A stretch of DNA of 64,000 nt from NCBI GenBank assembly GCA_963749915.1, contig CAVVOP010000021.1:96001-160000 (forward strand). Direction: 5' to 3'. The first letter of the stretch is position 1; the number at the start of each line of letters is the position of its first letter. The notes beneath the pieces were generated by a model. The model did not search any database. It had not been told where the DNA came from and saw only the letters and a list, made by a program, of their open reading frames with translations. The position numbers and the translations under genes are program-made. This document shows, one piece after another, positions 61,760-64,000 of this stretch. The DNA comes from an uncultured cyanobacterium (lineage in GTDB: Bacteria; Cyanobacteriota; Cyanobacteriia; Cyanobacteriales; Cyanobacteriaceae).

Positions 61760-62836
61760 TTACTTCATTTGTAAAAAAGCATTACACGACGATGCTTTTG
61801 GCGAAATCGGTTCAATGATTGTTGCCTCAAGTTTGCCGCTAGTAACCGTTTGTTTTTGAAGTAGGGCGATCGCCGCGTCAAGCGGGTGACTTTTTATGTC
61901 CAATTTTAACGGGTCATTTATATTTGGAGATATTGTGATTTTTGTGTTGCCTATTCCTTGTTTCTCTATTTCCTTTTTAATCTGATCGGCAAGAGATTTT
62001 TCTACCTTCAAAGAACCAGTTAGCCATATCGAAGCTGTTTCGTGTTCTTTTTTCAATTTTTTAAGCCACTCAATTCCAGATAACACCTCTGGTGATGAGG
62101 TTTTTTGATTTGGCGGATTAAATTCAATTGGTACATCTTGATTAACGTACAGGCATATGCTTGGCAATTGCGAGTTCGACCACACTTTCCAAACTATCCC
62201 AATCCCAGTCAACAATAGTGCTGTAATTGCAATCAAAACAAGTCTAAATAAACTTGTTTTTTTTCTCACAGGTTTGCTTGAAGGATGGTTTTTACGTCCT
62301 TGTTTTTCTAGTAATCGATGCTCTGGTAATTGAGGTCTTAGTGTAATCACCAATGGCTCTAGCACTCTAAACTTATTGTCTGGCTCAGATGTAACTTCTA
62401 CCAAATCAATCCCATGGGAAATACTGAGCTTATCCTCATGCCAAAACTCCCAATACTTCTCTTGTAGATATCGATGTGCTTGATCGAGATGACTTTCTCC
62501 AATTTTATACTGAATTTCCTGCGAATTTTTGCGAAAAACGAGTCCCTCCACCCAATAAATTTCTCTCCCAAATGGATCTTTTAATACTTCATTTCCATGC
62601 TCTCCTATGTCCTTCCTTCTGGCTTTAACCGAACGAAAAACAATCGTCAAGTTGCCAACTTCAGATCCCTTTACCTCACGAATAACTATTCGCCCACTTT
62701 CAGTAAAATCTTCTTCTGTAACTTTAGCGAGCAAACTGCGAATTTTAGCTTCAGAAATAAAATCAGGTGCGACCACAGGTTTGTAGTCAATTGACTGATT
62801 TCGGCTAATGAGAAAAGTCCAAGCTTGAATTGTCAT
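61760..62836 (-). CDS. Single-pass membrane protein, putative GTPase-associated partner
   Basis: N-terminal domain WTFLISRNQ..DY..VVAPDF...DPFGREIYWVEG; TM helix LVLIAITALLLTGIGIVW; 8 bp from the GTPase stop. Confidence 0.75.
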   Translation of the reverse strand: MTIQAWTFLISRNQSIDYKPVVAPDFISEAKIRSLLAKVTEEDFTESGRIVIREVKGSEVGNLTIVFRSVKARRKDIGEHGNEVLKDPFGREIYWVEGLVFRKNSQEIQYKIGESHLDQAHRYLQEKYWEFWHEDKLSISHGIDLVEVTSEPDNKFRVLEPLVITLRPQLPEHRLLEKQGRKNHPSSKPVRKKTSLFRLVLIAITALLLTGIGIVWKVWSNSQLPSICLYVNQDVPIEFNPPNQKTSSPEVLSGIEWLKKLKKEHETASIWLTGSLKVEKSLADQIKKEIEKQGIGNTKITISPNINDPLKLDIKSHPLDAAIALLQKQTVTSGKLEATIIEPISPKASSCNAFLQMK

Positions 62837-62844
62837 AATACCTA

Positions 62845-63937
62845 TTACCTAGATTTTAAAGAGGGTATTTTAGCAAGGTCAGAGTCAGGAAAGTTAGCAT
62901 TGAATTGGTTCTGAATTTCCCGACACTTACTCAGAATTTGTTCTAAGGCATCTTCACTAGGTGAAGTATTACTTGCTTTTTGCTTGCTGTTTTTCTTGTT
63001 ATTTGTCAATAGACGAAACCCAAAATAAACAATAGCAATAATCAGTCCTAATCCTTGAGCTAGAGTGAGAAGAATACAAAGTCCAATGACAAACCCATCT
63101 AATACTGTGAGTTTGAAAGGCTTTTGTTTCGAGCCACCAGTTTGATTTCGTAGCTTATCCGTCAAAGCAAAAGCTAGGGGAAACTCTACATTCATTGGAT
63201 GTGGATTGACTGCAAGCTTCTTCATTTGTCCATCGGATTGTAGGCTTGCAAAACCCTTACCTAGAGAACTGACAGGAATCAAACGTACCGGGCAGCCGAC
63301 TTTCCTCCTATTCTCAACTACGTCGTCAAACTCACGAACAGTATTCAGCAAGCGTTTTTTTACATCTGCTAGAGAGTAGCTACCTTCAAGTAAGTCCCAC
63401 TTGCTAATGATGAAATGAACGGCAGTATATTGATTGCAATTATCCACCATTTGCATGAGGTTCGGTAGGTCTTCATGTAGCCATCTTAAAACAACCTTAT
63501 TAGTTAAGTCGGGATTCTGCATAAAAGAAAGTAGCTTTTGACCGTCTAAGATTGCTAAAACTGCATCAGCTTCTTTAATGTAGGTTGCCAAACTATCGTA
63601 ACCGCCGTAAGTTCCTTCATCGTCTGATACATCTGTAATTAGACCTCCTTTATAATCAACATAGGTGATTTTACAGGCTGGAATTTTAGATGTTCCTGAG
63701 TTGTTCACATAGGCAGTTAATACCCATTCAGAAATATTTCTAGTGCCTAAAGGCCATTCTTCTCCTGTGGTCAAATCTGCATAGATCTTATTCAAAGTCA
63801 TTCTTTTAGTATGGTCTTGAACATCTAGGGAAAAGCCAAATCTCCCTTGGGTTGAAAATACCTTGAAAAGACTAGCCAAGAAGATGGTTTTACCGGAGTC
63901 CAGATGGTCCCAGAGTAATAATACTGTAGTTATTCAT
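62845..63937 (-). pseudogene. TRAFAC-like GTPase with C-terminal TM helices; +1 frameshift inside the P-loop
   Basis: ATG 63937 with AGAGG RBS gives MNNYSIITLGPSG, continuing in another frame as SGKTIFLAS; G3 DYKG, G4 SKWD, G5 PVSS. Confidence 0.75.
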
Positions 63938-64000
63938 TGTACCTCTACGAGATTTATTGATATAGGGCTAAACCAATTTCGACTCTGGAAAACGATCATT

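Larger units (their letters stand above)
715..61872. repeat. HIP1 octamer GCGATCGC dispersed across the window
   Basis: Many copies (e.g. near 716, 1399, 2330, 8062, 19422, 49725, 61866); a cyanobacterial hallmark. Confidence 0.9.

Overview
Chromosomal window of an AT-rich cyanobacterium. Evidence: psbD, ndhA, hoxUYH, gifA, abundant HIP1 GCGATCGC octamers and heptamer tandem repeats; a Cyanobacterium/Geminocystis-like host is my inference. Most of it is housekeeping (PBP2 end, hisIE, rsmA, miaB, moeA, glgA, uvrA, rimM, ackA, fni, tRNA-Leu). Visibly higher-GC blocks hold an OFA-type MFS/pyrC/P-type ATPase cluster, a second P-type ATPase and an RTX/beta-helix protein. A nested IS graveyard (IS4, two IS701, IS1634) lies at 55.4-61.7 kb, followed by a membrane-anchored GTPase two-gene module. 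The best candidate for an undescribed system is directly behind hoxH of the [NiFe] bidirectional hydrogenase: a thioredoxin-like [2Fe-2S] protein, a stand-alone PAS protein and a SpoIIE/PPM phosphatase. This trio mirrors the hfsA-hfsB-hfsC (sensory [FeFe]-hydrogenase) operon of fermentative anaerobes, but the [FeFe] catalytic domain is missing. Other leads: an orphan TnpB 3'-end/omegaRNA region fused to the end of ndhA, a GC-rich multi-stem element inserted in a heptamer repeat, and small inverted-repeat families that bracket whole genes or break surE. All family assignments come from motif recognition by eye; no searches were run.
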